DNA from: Rhizodiscina lignyota
Taxonomy: Eukaryota
Assembly (NCBI GenBank): GCA_010015805.1
Contig: ML978123.1
Span: 186,001 to 250,000, forward strand
Length of the DNA stretch: 64,000 nucleotides
Reading direction: 5' to 3'
Part shown: positions 13,480 to 26,683 of the stretch, one piece after another
Layout of the letters: the number at the start of each line of letters is the position of its first letter
Position numbering within the stretch: the stretch's first letter is position 1
Made by a program: the position numbers and the translations under genes
The notes under the pieces: generated by a model
What the model saw: only the letters and a program-made list of their open reading frames with translations
Told to the model about the DNA's origin: nothing
The model's database searches: none

Positions 13480-14320
13480 GACGTAGGTAGTTTGATAGAT
13501 GTCATCTGCGTTTCTTCCTAGTTCATATTCTATTCGGATACTGGTGCACTGTGGATTTGTTGCAAAGCGGTTTTCTCTTTTCTTTCTTGGTTATTGGCAT
13601 TTTCAGTGATGTATCTACTGCTCTCTAGTGCTTTTGCATCATATTCCAGCCCAGTACTTGGATCTAGCTCTGTTGGACATACATCGGAACGCAAGACTCC
13701 TCTAACAACGGACGAGACCCTCAATACTGTGTTAAGCTTGCCATCTCATCTGAGCCTGATCTATTCCAGCTTTGGCATGAAATCATTTGATTGTTTCGCA
13801 TATTTATCAGTCTCGGAGCTCTAAAGTACTACTATCTGTGAGCTAGCATCAATCTCAGCAAAGCTCTTAAGCTGTTTGCGTTCTTCTCTTGAAGTTCTTC
13901 GCACGATAGGACACCTCCATTCGACCTGCGCTCTCCGCAGTTATGCCGCGCGTTTAACCGAACTTTCAAAGACTACTCGAACTCCGTTACTCATTTTCAA
14001 CATCCTCTTGCAACTCAGTAGGCGCCCGTCCTCTCTTCCTTTCATTGGCGGCTTGGATGAAGCTCCTCCCCTCGTACCTGGAGCGGAGAGGTATTCTTAC
14101 CAATTTTGGATATACCTCGTACTGGAAGACACATTCTGACAAACTTGGGAACACTAGCACCTCATTTGGGTCATCGCTTGTCGCGCATGTCTATGCATGG
14201 GGGCAGTTTTGGGTTGAGGCGGAGCGTACCAAGACGCTCTGGATACTCACCACCCTAATCTGTGGGCTCACGCTGTCCGCCGAGCTGCAAAGCAATTTGT
14301 CTATTACGGAGTTCGAATAA
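13480..14320 (-). pseudogene. Possible decayed coiled-coil-like ORF
   Basis: E/K/Q-rich minus-strand frame (REERKQLKSFAEIDASSQIVVL*SSETDKYAKQ...KLE*IRLR*DGKL) with TAG/TGA at plausible CAG/CGA sites; no family recognised. Confidence 0.3.
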
Positions 14321-14675
14321 TACACCGTCGTTTGGGTCACTAAGTTTTACAATAACTATCTAAACACTGTCACTAGTAGGAACACCTCAATGTACAGAGT
14401 CGCGGCGCGCGCCGCCGAACCAACCTCATAATCGCTCAATAAGGCTCTGCTTGCGGCGGACAGGCTAAGGAACGAGTGAGTCAGGCCAAAGTCCCCTAAG
14501 ATGTGCTCACTCTCCACCACAAATAGCTAGGTTATGCCCAGACTGGCCTCTGTTTGCGGCGTTGAGTGAAGCTGGATAAGCTTAAAGATCATAGCGTGGT
14601 CAAAATGTATACTCGCTCGCGCAAAAGCATCTTGCTTACGCATTAGAACTGTCTGTGTGCCCATTGCATCATGCA

Positions 14676-14869
14676 TCCGCTTATAATCAAGTCGTAGCAT
14701 AACTACCACGCGTAAGACGAAAGCTGAGGTGGTTCGTTGAGTTCTGGCAAAGCTTAATCTATCTACACAAGGCGACAATTAAACTCCCGCGCATTATCGA
14801 AAGTAAGGTCCATCCGTACGGCCGGCACGTAAGAGAGGATAGTGTATACACCAAAGCTCAACTTCAATG
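14676..14869 (+). repeat. Dispersed repeat piece B (inverted copy at 49047-49241)
   Basis: Aligns over ~194 bp with the reverse complement of 49047-49241; differences are mostly C>T and G>A. Confidence 0.95.
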
Positions 14870-15627
14870 GGATATGAAGGAGCCTTCAGAAGAGTATCTT
14901 GCTTACCTCAGGAAGGTGTTCATTGAGAACTCTAAAGTGCAACGCCGCTAGCTCGCAGAGGGCGTCTACGGACCGCGGAAGACAAGTTTAAAGTTCAAGA
15001 AATATTTCGAAGGGATTGCAGACCCACGTGACAGGACACCTGTTTTCAAAGAAACAGTCAATCGAAACTTCTGCAGACGCTTTCTCGTAAATGGAATCAG
15101 TGTTTGGGCTGGCGCTGCATATCTTCCACCGGATGGCGATGACTCTGGGCCTATACTAGTCGGATGTACACGATGTTCAGGGACCAATCCTCGATGGATT
15201 CACGACCCGCGAAGAAAATTGGGTATATCTCGCCGATCGGTGGAGCCAGAAACTCGAGATTAACATTGTGTTCGCTGTCCTCAACTCCTTCCCAGCAAGT
15301 GAGAGACATTTCCCGATGTATGCCAATGGTATAAGATACGGCACCTTCACCCTGAAGTCGATGGTCAAGTTTATCAATGCCAAGGTATCGGACGAGGTTG
15401 TTGAAACAGACGACAGGGCCCGAGGATTGTTCAATATGTTTGATATTGTGAACAACAGCAAGGAGCATGACAGTGGACGCGGCCACCAGCTCGCCTTATC
15501 AAGGCCTCGATCGGACTTTCGCATCCACCCGGACACAACGCTTGTCGAAGGCTGCGATCCCAAATGGATGGGAGTCCGTACCCTCATTCGGCCAATGGAC
15601 CTCGCGGACGGCTGGGGCGTCACATGA
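14682..15627 (+). pseudogene. Decayed ORF of unknown family
   Basis: Long frame YNQVVA*LPRVRRKLRWFVEFWQ...KVQRR*LAEGVYG...GCTRC... with isolated TAA/TAG stops, probably continuing after a frameshift into ORF 15268-15627. Confidence 0.5.
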
Positions 15628-16173
15628 GTAGACTTATTGTTGAGGCTTGAAGCGGAAGGAGGAGTTTTGCAAGATTTGCTGTATGACTTGATGGATGAAG
15701 TTACACACTATTCGCCACAGCTCTGGCGACCGATGCTGCCACGATGAGCGCACGCACGACACTGGATCCTAGCCACCAGCATCTTCAGAAACTCTCCTAC
15801 CACTACTCTCAGCCCGCGCCCGCAGCCCATGCGCGTAGGATACAGCGGAAAGATGAGAGATCCGACCCTCCGCACGCTCATGCACTCAGCATTGCTGTTA
15901 ATGCGAATGAACTTGGATCGAAGATCATGATCCTGTGCGGAGCCATTGGAAGAGCAAAATGGAATACCCATTGGACATCGGCAGACATAGCCAGACTTTA
16001 CAGTAGAGCATACAAGAAGCATCAAATAAAAGCTCGTGAAGCTGGTGGCTGCTTACAGCAAGACGAATTCGCTACCAAAGTCATCTCAAGCTAATCGCGC
16101 ACTGCATTTTCACACCCGCAGCTCAAATTTCACTTTTCTGCTCAAAGACATGATCGTGTAATCGAAATATCCC

Positions 16174-17303
16174 TCACGGCCCAGCAGTGGAAAGCTCGGT
16201 AGCTCCGTCAACGGACTGTTTCGCAGCCTCGTAGCTGACCAATCTGAAGTCGTAAGGCAGCTCCAGTTGCGCCTTCGGATCTCCTTCTCGGGGCTTGAAA
16301 TCGACTACGAGCGAATCTTTGACGGCGAAGACGGTATCGTTGGAAATGTACTTGTCTCGCCGGTCGAAGATCTGAGTTACAAGTGGCTTGTAATTTGGTG
16401 CAGTGAGCTGCTCACATGTCAGCACATCGCACGATGCGGTTTGACTCATACAATAGAGCACATACAATAAAATGGATGTGGGCAGGTCTCATTGGATGCC
16501 TGTCCAACAACTTGAGAAGCTTCCCCGCCGGCCCATCGTAAGGAATCGGATATGGCGTCGGCCGCAGACAGTAGAATGAGTATTTTCCGTCTTCGCCAGT
16601 TGTGAATATACCCCTGAGATTCATGTCCGGCTGATCTGGGTCCTGCTGCTCGTAGAGACCATTCGGAGCAGTGTGCCATACATCTACTTTGGCGCCCTCG
16701 ATCGGCTTGCCCGTCGCAAAATCGGTGACCTTGCCGAATATGTAGGTGTGTTCTGCATCCGGGATCTCGTTTTTCACAATTGACGCATCCATGGGCAGCT
16801 TTGGAGCGTTTTCCCGCCAAAAGGGGCCCAGGATTGCTGTCGCGGTGGGTGCGTCGGGTGCATCAGTTGCAAGCTTGTACGTAATCTCATCGCAAAGAGA
16901 TTCAACCCCTAGAAGGTCGATGAGTAGTTGGGTCTCGTTGCGCTTGTCGTCTGACATTCTGCCGCATGAATTGACCTGGTTTAAATGTTAGCCAACGTGC
17001 TTGAATATGCTTCTAAAGTCCGTCCAGAAGGAGTGTAATTCTTGGTTTCGTTGGCATGATCGAGGACCTGCCCATTTCTGCATGCTTGTATAAACTTACC
17101 ATTTCAATGGCAGTAAAGAACTCGTCCAGGGTGACCTCATTCTCCCGAAGGAAATCGTGGAGATGCTGCACTAAACTTCCAAATACTTTCTTCAAACGTG
17201 GATTGGCCTTTGGCCCCGTTGCATCAATCACCGACTTGGTAAAGTCCGGGTCGAACTTGTGTGTGCCATTGCTTTCATTCTTAGTTGCCCCGTTGGTGGC
17301 CAT
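16174..17303 (-). CDS. Intradiol ring-cleavage dioxygenase, catechol 1,2-dioxygenase type, 3 exons
   Basis: FDPDFTKSVIDATGPKANPRL, TATAILGPF, VDVWH, Fe ligands in GLYEQQ, PYPIP and RPAHIH; LVTQIF; FAVKDSLVV. Confidence 0.93.
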
Positions 17304-18135
17304 GTTGACGAGAGAAACAAGAGACTTTACAACTTTGGCGCAGAGAATTGAGGAAACGTTTTATAGCGTTCAGTCCGAGTACTCCAGAGAGACGTGCGCT
17401 TCTTCCTTTCAGCTTCCACCGCAATTCCGAATTTCTGAACTTTGTTGACAAACGAGCTGATGGATGAGACGGGAGATGTTCAGGCCGCGTCGCGTAAGTC
17501 ACCGAATCCAGGATCTCTCGGCGTCAAATAAGCTTATGGGAGAAAGAGATGTGCTTGGAGAGATAATGAGGTGATGGAAACGGATACGGAGGGAAACGAA
17601 ATCCCTTATGTAGATAATAGTCCTGCGCCTGCGTCCAGATGACATACAAAGAAGGATAACACGGCGGCGTGGTTCCGCCTTCGCCCCAGGATCGCCAAAA
17701 GCCCTCTTTTAGACCGCGGGGAAGCTTGAAGCTATCATAGCTGGAAGGAAGTGGAAGCTAACGTGGGGCACCGCGATGTTGGTTGCCAGCGAGCCAGTAA
17801 CAATGTCGGATAGTGCACCAAAGGTGAGAAAGTCTCCAGCTACTTACATATATTACGGTGATCTGCAATGCATTCCTTGTACCCTACACTATGCACCTGC
17901 AACCCCCAGACAGCGTCGCCATTTGATGCCGGCAATTGTATGCGGTGAAGTTTGGTTTCGATCTTGTGGCGTTAGAGTAGTTTAGAGAGTGGCTTCAGCT
18001 CATTACCCACCAAGGCCACGTGACCGCATGCAGCTTAGCGCCGAATGCCGAGCCTCTCATCCAACGACATCCCTCGATTGATATCAAGCTCGTCAACCAC
18101 CCGCACAGCCCATTGAGCTCATCCTCATCTCCAAA

Positions 18136-18730
18136 ATGGCCTCGGGATACGGATTGAATGGAGGTTAGTACCTTTATCATACCTTCCGCCCATCTTCGAC
18201 ATAAATGCCTGCCATTGTACGCCGGAATGCCAATGTCAACTCACCCACTTTGAACAATGTGCAGCTTCATCTAACAAGCTCTGTCTCTATAGGTCCCTCC
18301 CGCTGCTTTCCATTCTGGCAGGAACTTCTTGCCTGTTATGTAGTCAACTCAAATGGCGATAATAGCCAGGGAAAGGGTGTCTCGAAGTGTGTACCCGCAT
18401 ACGAAGACTACCACGAGTGCTTGCATCACAGAAAGGAGGTGCGTCACTTCAGCAAGCTGCTCCACTCCCTCCGATTATATCAGCATAATCTCATCATATA
18501 CATCTACTGCTTATTCGTGCAGTCTCTGATTGGTGATTACTTAGGCTGCCCGTGTACGAGCGATTCAAGCCGCATACCGGAAGAAGATGTTAGAGGACCC
18601 ACGCGCAGACGCACCGACAGGCGATCAGATACGAAAGCTGGGACTATTGGACAAGACACCAGAAGAGCTGGATATCAAAGTACAGTCATGGTTACCGGAT
18701 CCGAGTCCGAAGCGGCGGAGCGCCTTTTAA
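18136..18730 (+). CDS. NDUFS5: NADH:ubiquinone oxidoreductase accessory subunit NDUFS5 (twin CX9C), 3 exons
   Basis: Spliced MASGYGLNGGPSRCFPFWQELLACYV...KCVPAYEDYHECLHHRKE; TAA at 18728-18730. Confidence 0.9.
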
Positions 18731-20342
18731 ACTAGACCAAGGGAGAGAGCGAAGGAGACTTCCGGCTGGGATCTCAGTCGACAGTTCTAGACTTGTGCAG
18801 CATTTGAGATTGGCGCACACGATGGGCAACGATGTATATACCAATGGGAGACCTACAAAATCGAGGCAAGAGTCCATGATCGGAAAAGGGAATGTACAAT
18901 TGCGACAACATCAAAGTCTGCTGCCCTGTAGTCGCCTTCTGAATACGGATGATATGCAGAGATAGTTACGCTCAACCTCCGGTAATGTATGAATATCGAG
19001 AGAGATGAGGACAATGATTTATCCTGCACAAATACGTTCAATGCAGGTGGGGGCCCATGCTATTGGAAATACATTAGGAAAGTACCATTGTTGCGCTATC
19101 GGCCAGAAGACACAGCTAGACGTGCTGCTAATCGGAGCAGAATGCAAGGTTGCAATGAGTCCCAGTGGCACGATTGCTATGGTAGCAGTGGTCGAGGTGG
19201 AAAGTCCCGTAAACAAAAGGGGCAATGAGCTAAAACTTCCAGGAGCATGACACGTTTATTCAATGATAGAGGGACATTCCGTGGATGCCAGATTAAAGTA
19301 TCGACTACAGAAAGTCCAGGGCTCCTCCACATACCGGCCAATGCTTATTCAACAAACTCCCGTTCCACCTCTACCCAGATCTCACCAGCGTTAACTCCGA
19401 TATAGGTTTTACGACCTACGTGTTAGTGTTGCACAGAGCACAGCGCCGATATTAACCATGAAATGGTTCTGAATCTAAGCTAACCAAGCCGAAGACAGGG
19501 TGGGCGTCGACGCGACGATCTGAATAGACTCCAATTACAGTTCAAGTCGCATCTGACTACGTCTATCATCAGTAAATTTCTTCGATGAGTCTAGGGCCTA
19601 TTAGCAATGATCTAAACGGTTTCTAATTACTACGGAAGTATTCCGTCTTTTTATAGCAACGGAGACTCAAGGAGGAGCAGGTTGGTAGGCGTCAAGTATA
19701 CTCATTTCGGGTCTAATTCTAACTACGATAAAGATGTGCTATTAGATGAGAATAAATCAGTCTGAAATGCTCCGATGCTTTGAAGGCCGACGTTAATAAT
19801 TCCGATTTTGTTCCGACATCGTTTTGATATGCATCTGGACGCGTCAATTCCCCCACCCTGACTGCCGAAGAAGCGTGGCCATGCTGGTCAAAACTAGTAG
19901 CATTCGAAGTGCTCAGTCGGCGCGATGATAACTACCCTTTAAGGATGCGGAACGGAATACGGGGACTGCCAACGGCTGCATCTTTTATTGTCTAGAGACT
20001 GCTCGAACTGCCCTGCAGAGTTTGTCGTCAGTGGGTGGATCCAGGAGCGACAGGAGGTGGAACGGATGCCATGATCATAGAACAGGTCACGAGTGCATCG
20101 TCGATTGACGTAGATACGAAAAGGTCTTTGTATGGTTCCAGTTCTCGACACTCGACACGCGTCCCGCCATGGTGTGCTTTGGTAGATCGACCTTTCTCGA
20201 GGACACGGCCCCGCCCAAAGAATGGCCTCAGACCTTCCTCAGAGAAATAAGTCTCTTTATATAACTGATCTCGACCTCGAATATGATTCCGTATCTCCAT
20301 GCACTTCCTGGCCCTGTGTAAGTTGTGTTGTGCTATCGTGTG

Positions 20343-21656
20343 TTATCGATCAAGAGCACCTATCTTCCAAGCCTTGACAAACCACAGGCACAATGCGCTG
20401 ACGACATATGACAGACCTGTAAAAGGCTGGGTTCGGAGATAGTTCCCTGTATTTGCAGCGATTTCCAGTGCGATGGCTTCGGAGAACGTAGGTGGAAGGA
20501 CGAGGTTGAAGAAGCTGATTGACAACGCAGAATTCAGTTCTCTTATGCCAACAACTTTAGCACATAGGGGTGCCGCGGTGGCCCAGTATGTACCGGCAGT
20601 CAATCCACCGAACAGAGCGAATAATACCAGAGCCTACAAACGTGTCAGTAGTGCGGGAATTGACTAGGAAGTAGGACTTACACCGAAGCTCTTTCCGAAC
20701 GGCCAGATAACCAGGGCCCAAAGTCCAGTCAACAGCGCAGATGTGCAGGTTACTGTCATCGTTGCAAATTTGTCGCTAAAATAACCGACCAAACAACGTC
20801 CTACCCTTGTTCCAAGACATACAAGAGCACCTGTGAGGAAGCCCCGTTGCGCCGTCATACTCTCAAACGCCGCAAAGTTTGGAAGAGAATAAAGCAACAC
20901 CACGTATCCCAACTGCGTGAAAGCCCATAGGCTTGGACAAGGAGGAATTGTGGTTTCGAAGAAGCCGCAACTCAAATGGATTCTGAGTGGTGCTGATGAC
21001 TTCGCTGCGGTCGCGAATGAGGAGGGTGGAGACGAGGTTTACGGCGCCAGAGATTATTCCCAGTATTCGAAGGGTCCACGCAGCACTCATATGCTAGATC
21101 ATCGCCTTCGCAAAAAGGTTGTAGACGAGGCCACCTAATCCGGACCCAGCATCAGCAAGCCCGTTAGCCAGACTACGTCTTGTCGTAAACCACTGCGACA
21201 TTACTCCAGCAATACCTACAGATCCACCTTTCCAACTCCAAAGTAGATGCCTTGTGAGAGTAAGAGTTCCCAATATCTTCTTGTAAAGCTTGCTAAAACG
21301 AAGGCGAGCGTTTGGACGAAGGTGTCGACGGAGAGGCTGGTGTGGAATTCAGATTTCCCTACGGCTATGGTTGCGAGTGGCGACACAAACATAGACATTG
21401 AGAAGGACAGGCCGTCAACGAATGAGAACTGGAGGGCTGTTGCCCCTGAAAAGCACTGCTCGAGACGTAGTCTGCAAGAACGGTTCCGAAGGACTAGGGC
21501 GTGTTAGCAACAAACCTGGCAATTGAATACCGCGTAAAACCTCACGCTATTAATGCACCATGCATGCATGTTGATGAGAAAAGAGCACACTGCACAGAGC
21601 CATCCGTAGCCACCTTCACGATGCGCTTGGTCATCGTTTCTGTCTGCTAAATTCAT
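20343..21656 (-). pseudogene. MFS monocarboxylate transporter (MCH/MCT family) pseudogene
   Basis: EGGYGW, LSQG..FGVG, SQWFTTRRSLANG...GSGLGG and LGYVVLLYSLPNFA lie in different frames; frameshifts near 21450, 21230 and 20940 and in-frame TAG at 21094-21096. Confidence 0.85.
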
Positions 21657-22157
21657 GCTGAGTGGAGAAGACGCAAGTTCCGAACGCGGTTCAGGATATG
21701 AATAACGCACTATCTTTCGCCCGAAGAGTGGCCAATGCAGGCGTTCATTAGCGTTCTAACGAATGTGGCGGGTGATAATCATGATCTGTTCAGGAAGGGT
21801 TATTGTAAGTAGAAAGTATCAGTGTTAGATGGAGTTTGAATGCCACTTGGTATAAAGATTATAGCGGCCATGATGATAGAAAATAAAATGAACAGCATCT
21901 TTTATAGAAAGCAACTAAAAGGACACGGTCGTGTACCATGACTGCCGATTCATAACAATACTTGGGGGCCTTTGAGTCTACGAAACTGCAACATTGGTGT
22001 ATCCTAGTCGGGTACGTCGGGAAAATGGTGAATGTGGAAAAGCCTAGATGAGCCAATTGTTCGACCATGAAACCATATTATTCATTGCATAAACTAGATA
22101 AAAGTGGTTCGGGAGTGCTCGATGTGCAAAACTGTGGCTTGGTGTTGTTGGAATGTC

Positions 22158-22220
22158 CCGAGAATTTGGACTAATTGGGAAAATGCGGCATCATCTCCGG
22201 GAATTTAGACAAATTGGGAA
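22158..22220. promoter_or_regulatory. Duplicated 24-bp CCG-led element in the divergent transporter/decarboxylase promoter
   Basis: CCGAGAATTTGGACTAATTGGGAA (22158-22181) and CCGGGAATTTAGACAAATTGGGAA (22197-22220), 21/24 identical. Confidence 0.5.
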
Positions 22221-22524
22221 TAAAGTATGCCCGAACGTTCTCAGGGTCCGCGTAACCTTTCTCCGCTACAAAGCAGAAGAGAATCCTTCGGATGGTGTCA
22301 TTCTCCTCCGAATTTCTTACGCTCTTAGACGAGCTCTTTACCTCCACCTTGATGGAGTGCCTTCAAAGCGTTAGCTAAGCACTTTCCGATTCGTGTCAGG
22401 GAATCACTAACCTGCAAGTTGACAGCAATAGCGGGATGTCCGATCCAAATGGACAGGAGTCGTGCGAGACTGTGGAAGTGGGCGGCTACCTCATAGTGAC
22501 AATGGACTTGGAATGGACGTATAA

Positions 22525-23733
<1,209 letters not shown>

Positions 23734-24150
23734 GACGTGCGCGGACTGCAGAGCTCGCAAGACGTCATCATTCTCTGATTTCTTATCCGTCCCTCATCTA
23801 ATGGGCCTTACGATTGATGGTTTATTCTCAACTCTACAACTCACACCTTCTCTTGAAGGAAAGTATGGCTTCATTCCTCATTAGGTAGCCAGCTAATAAA
23901 ATCAAACTGATGTCGCTCGTTTACTTCAAGCCCGATGATGCTGTCTTAACGGGCGCGCTTCTATTGGTTTGTCTCTTCGGCAATATGCTGACTTCTTTAG
24001 CCCTCGGCTTACATAAAAGCCTCCGCTGCCGCATGTTGAGTTAAAGTTTCATTAGTCAGATTTTATCCCTACCCTTTCTTGTGCTTTGACAATGAATTCG
24101 ATATCACTATCTGCTAACAATTGCGTTGTGATCGATCTAGCCAGATCGAT

Positions 24151-26656
24151 ATGCAAACAACTTGGCGGCCTGCTAGACCCTCCACAAACGACAGGAAACG
24201 TCGTCGCACCTCGACCGCATGCGCCACGTGCCGGGATCGGAAAATTCGTTGCGACGGAGCAAGACCAGCTTGCTCAACTTGCTCGAAACGAGGGTTGGAA
24301 TACAAGTGCGTCTACGATGACGATGTTCACGAGAACTCAAAGTCAGTACACTTTTCATTCCACCTTGTTTGGCAATGCAAAGACTACCGTCTATCAACAC
24401 CATGAGCAACATAGTAACCTGAAGAAACACAGTCAATTCGTCAAACGCTGGATTCCGTCCAAATCAAATGTAGACAGCACGAGACCTCCGTCTCTTCACG
24501 TATCCAAATCTGCGGGCGGTCTCCCAACAGAGAGCACGATAGACGACAGGCCCGACAAGCCTCCAGCAGAGACAAGCTACGATGTCTCGACTTATGGAGA
24601 GTCCTCAGCAAGTGCACTACTCTCACAAATCAAGACAGCGATCACTAGATCAAATGCTCCATCTGAGGGTGCAGGCAACTTGATCTCCGACGGCGAGCCA
24701 GTAGGGAATCGATATGGAGAGACCATCCACGCTCATCATCCGGAAATTTTGCGCGATCAGGATTTGAGTAATTTTGTACTCCCGCCTCGCGAGATTGCCG
24801 ACGATTTACTGAGATGTTACTGGGATTACTCTCACCCCGTCTTTCCCGTCCTTCATAGACCAACGGTCATGTCAGAGTACGAGAAGTTCTGGGCGCCAGG
24901 GAGTTTTCCTGATCGACATGCCAACGAGACGAACAATTTCACGCGGACCCTGTCATATATCACGGTGAATATGGTTTTCGCAATTGGCTCACAGTTCACC
25001 ACCGTTGTCAAGCCAGCCGCAGTTTCAGGTTACGGTGCCGAATTCTATCAACGATCGCGGAAGCTTATGAACTTTGAAATCATGGACAGCGTGCAGCTAG
25101 CCACAATTCAAATACTATTACTAACTGGGGTATATCTATACTACGAGCAACCCACCACGTATGCAGACCGTTGCTGGAACATTGTCGGATTAACGATTCG
25201 GTCCTCTCAAGCACTCGGTCTACATTCGGAATATGTCGGAGTTCCACTGGGTCAGTTGGATCGCGAAATGCGAAGAAGAGTGTGGCACTGCGCTATTTTG
25301 CTCGATCGGTTCGTCCCGACTGAGTATTATGCTCCGTACCGAGAAGTTCATTGACACTTCTAGCAGGCTGCTGGCCATGACGCATGGTCGTCCAACCTTT
25401 GTTTCAGGATCCTCAAACGTCGAATATCCCTCTATGATTGATGATGACTTCCTGCTGAAGGAGGGGGAAGGGAGTCAACCTCCAGACCTGCCTTCGCAAA
25501 TGTGTGCCTTTGCCAAGTCCACGGAGCTCATGGATATCACCGAGGAAATTCTCTCAACCTTTTACTATCGTCGAACTCAGAAATCAGGTTCATGTTCGTC
25601 TCAAATTGACGAACTCATGTCACAGAATATAGCGCAGATCATGAACATTGAGACCACACTTGTGCGCTTTAAGAACAAGCTTCCTGCTATCCTCAGACAA
25701 GATTTTCCGCTTGATGAGGGGCAAGTTCGATATCAGAACATCCTCCTGCAAAGATTTCTCTTGCACAATCGGTACGGTGATCTTTTCTTTCCGGCATTGA
25801 CCGGTGAAGCTGCGCTCTTCGATGCACTAGAAGTATGACTAATTGAGAGTGGTATGCAGTTATTTAAACGCCTTACTCTTCCTATCTCGACCGACATTGC
25901 TTGCCACGATTACGAGGGGAGACTCACTCAACTATGACCTTGAGTCGGGAGACGGATCAGCGTTCCAGAAGAGTGTTATCATCCGAACTTGCAATCTCTG
26001 TGTCGAATCTGCACAGTCGCTCGTGGGGAACATATATGCAAGTATGCATACCAAAGAGAGGACTCATCTGCAGGCATGGCACGGCGTTTATTGTACGTAC
26101 ACTATTTGCTATCAGCCCGAAGAAGGTTCAGCTTCTGCAACGCTGTGTGGACTCGCCAAAATGAACATTTCGTATGCTAATTGAGATACCAGATGGGTTT
26201 GTCTGTGCTCTTATTCTCGTAGCAGGTCACTTGTGTCCACTACTTGAAACAGGATTTTCAGATGAGGACCTTGAAACTTCATGGGACCACTGCATTTTCA
26301 TACTCAACTTTTGCGCCGAGCAAATGACGTCTAGCAAACGCGCAATCCAGTTCCTGGAGGCTCTGAAAGCGAAAGTACTCCACGATGTGAAGAGCGGAAC
26401 GAAGAATGGCGACAATGGTGCGGAATCCACGAATTGCAAGACAGTTGCTGACAGATGCTCAGAAGTGGTGCAGTCACAGCCAGCAGAAGCTGGGCAGGTG
26501 TCTGAATATCCCATGACTTCTCTTGACGATGGCTCCAGCGGTATGCAGCTGCAAACGAGCGGCATTGACGACATTTTTGGAGACTACGACATATGGAACT
26601 TGGGAATTGCAGGGCTGAACGACTTCTCGTGGCCTACCGATTGGGTCTGTACTTGA
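24151..26656 (+). CDS. Zn(II)2Cys6 transcription factor with Fungal_trans domain
   Basis: ACATCRDRKIRCDGARPACSTCSKRGLEYKCVY; HPVFPVLH; ALGLH; REMRRRVWH; GRP. An upstream exon cannot be excluded. Confidence 0.92.
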
Positions 26657-26683
26657 CACTACCGCAATCCGAACTCGTTTGCG

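Noticed and set aside
17714..17770. CreA-type SYGGRG sites upstream of the dioxygenase
   Set aside because: The 6-bp degenerate motif is too frequent to support without conservation data.
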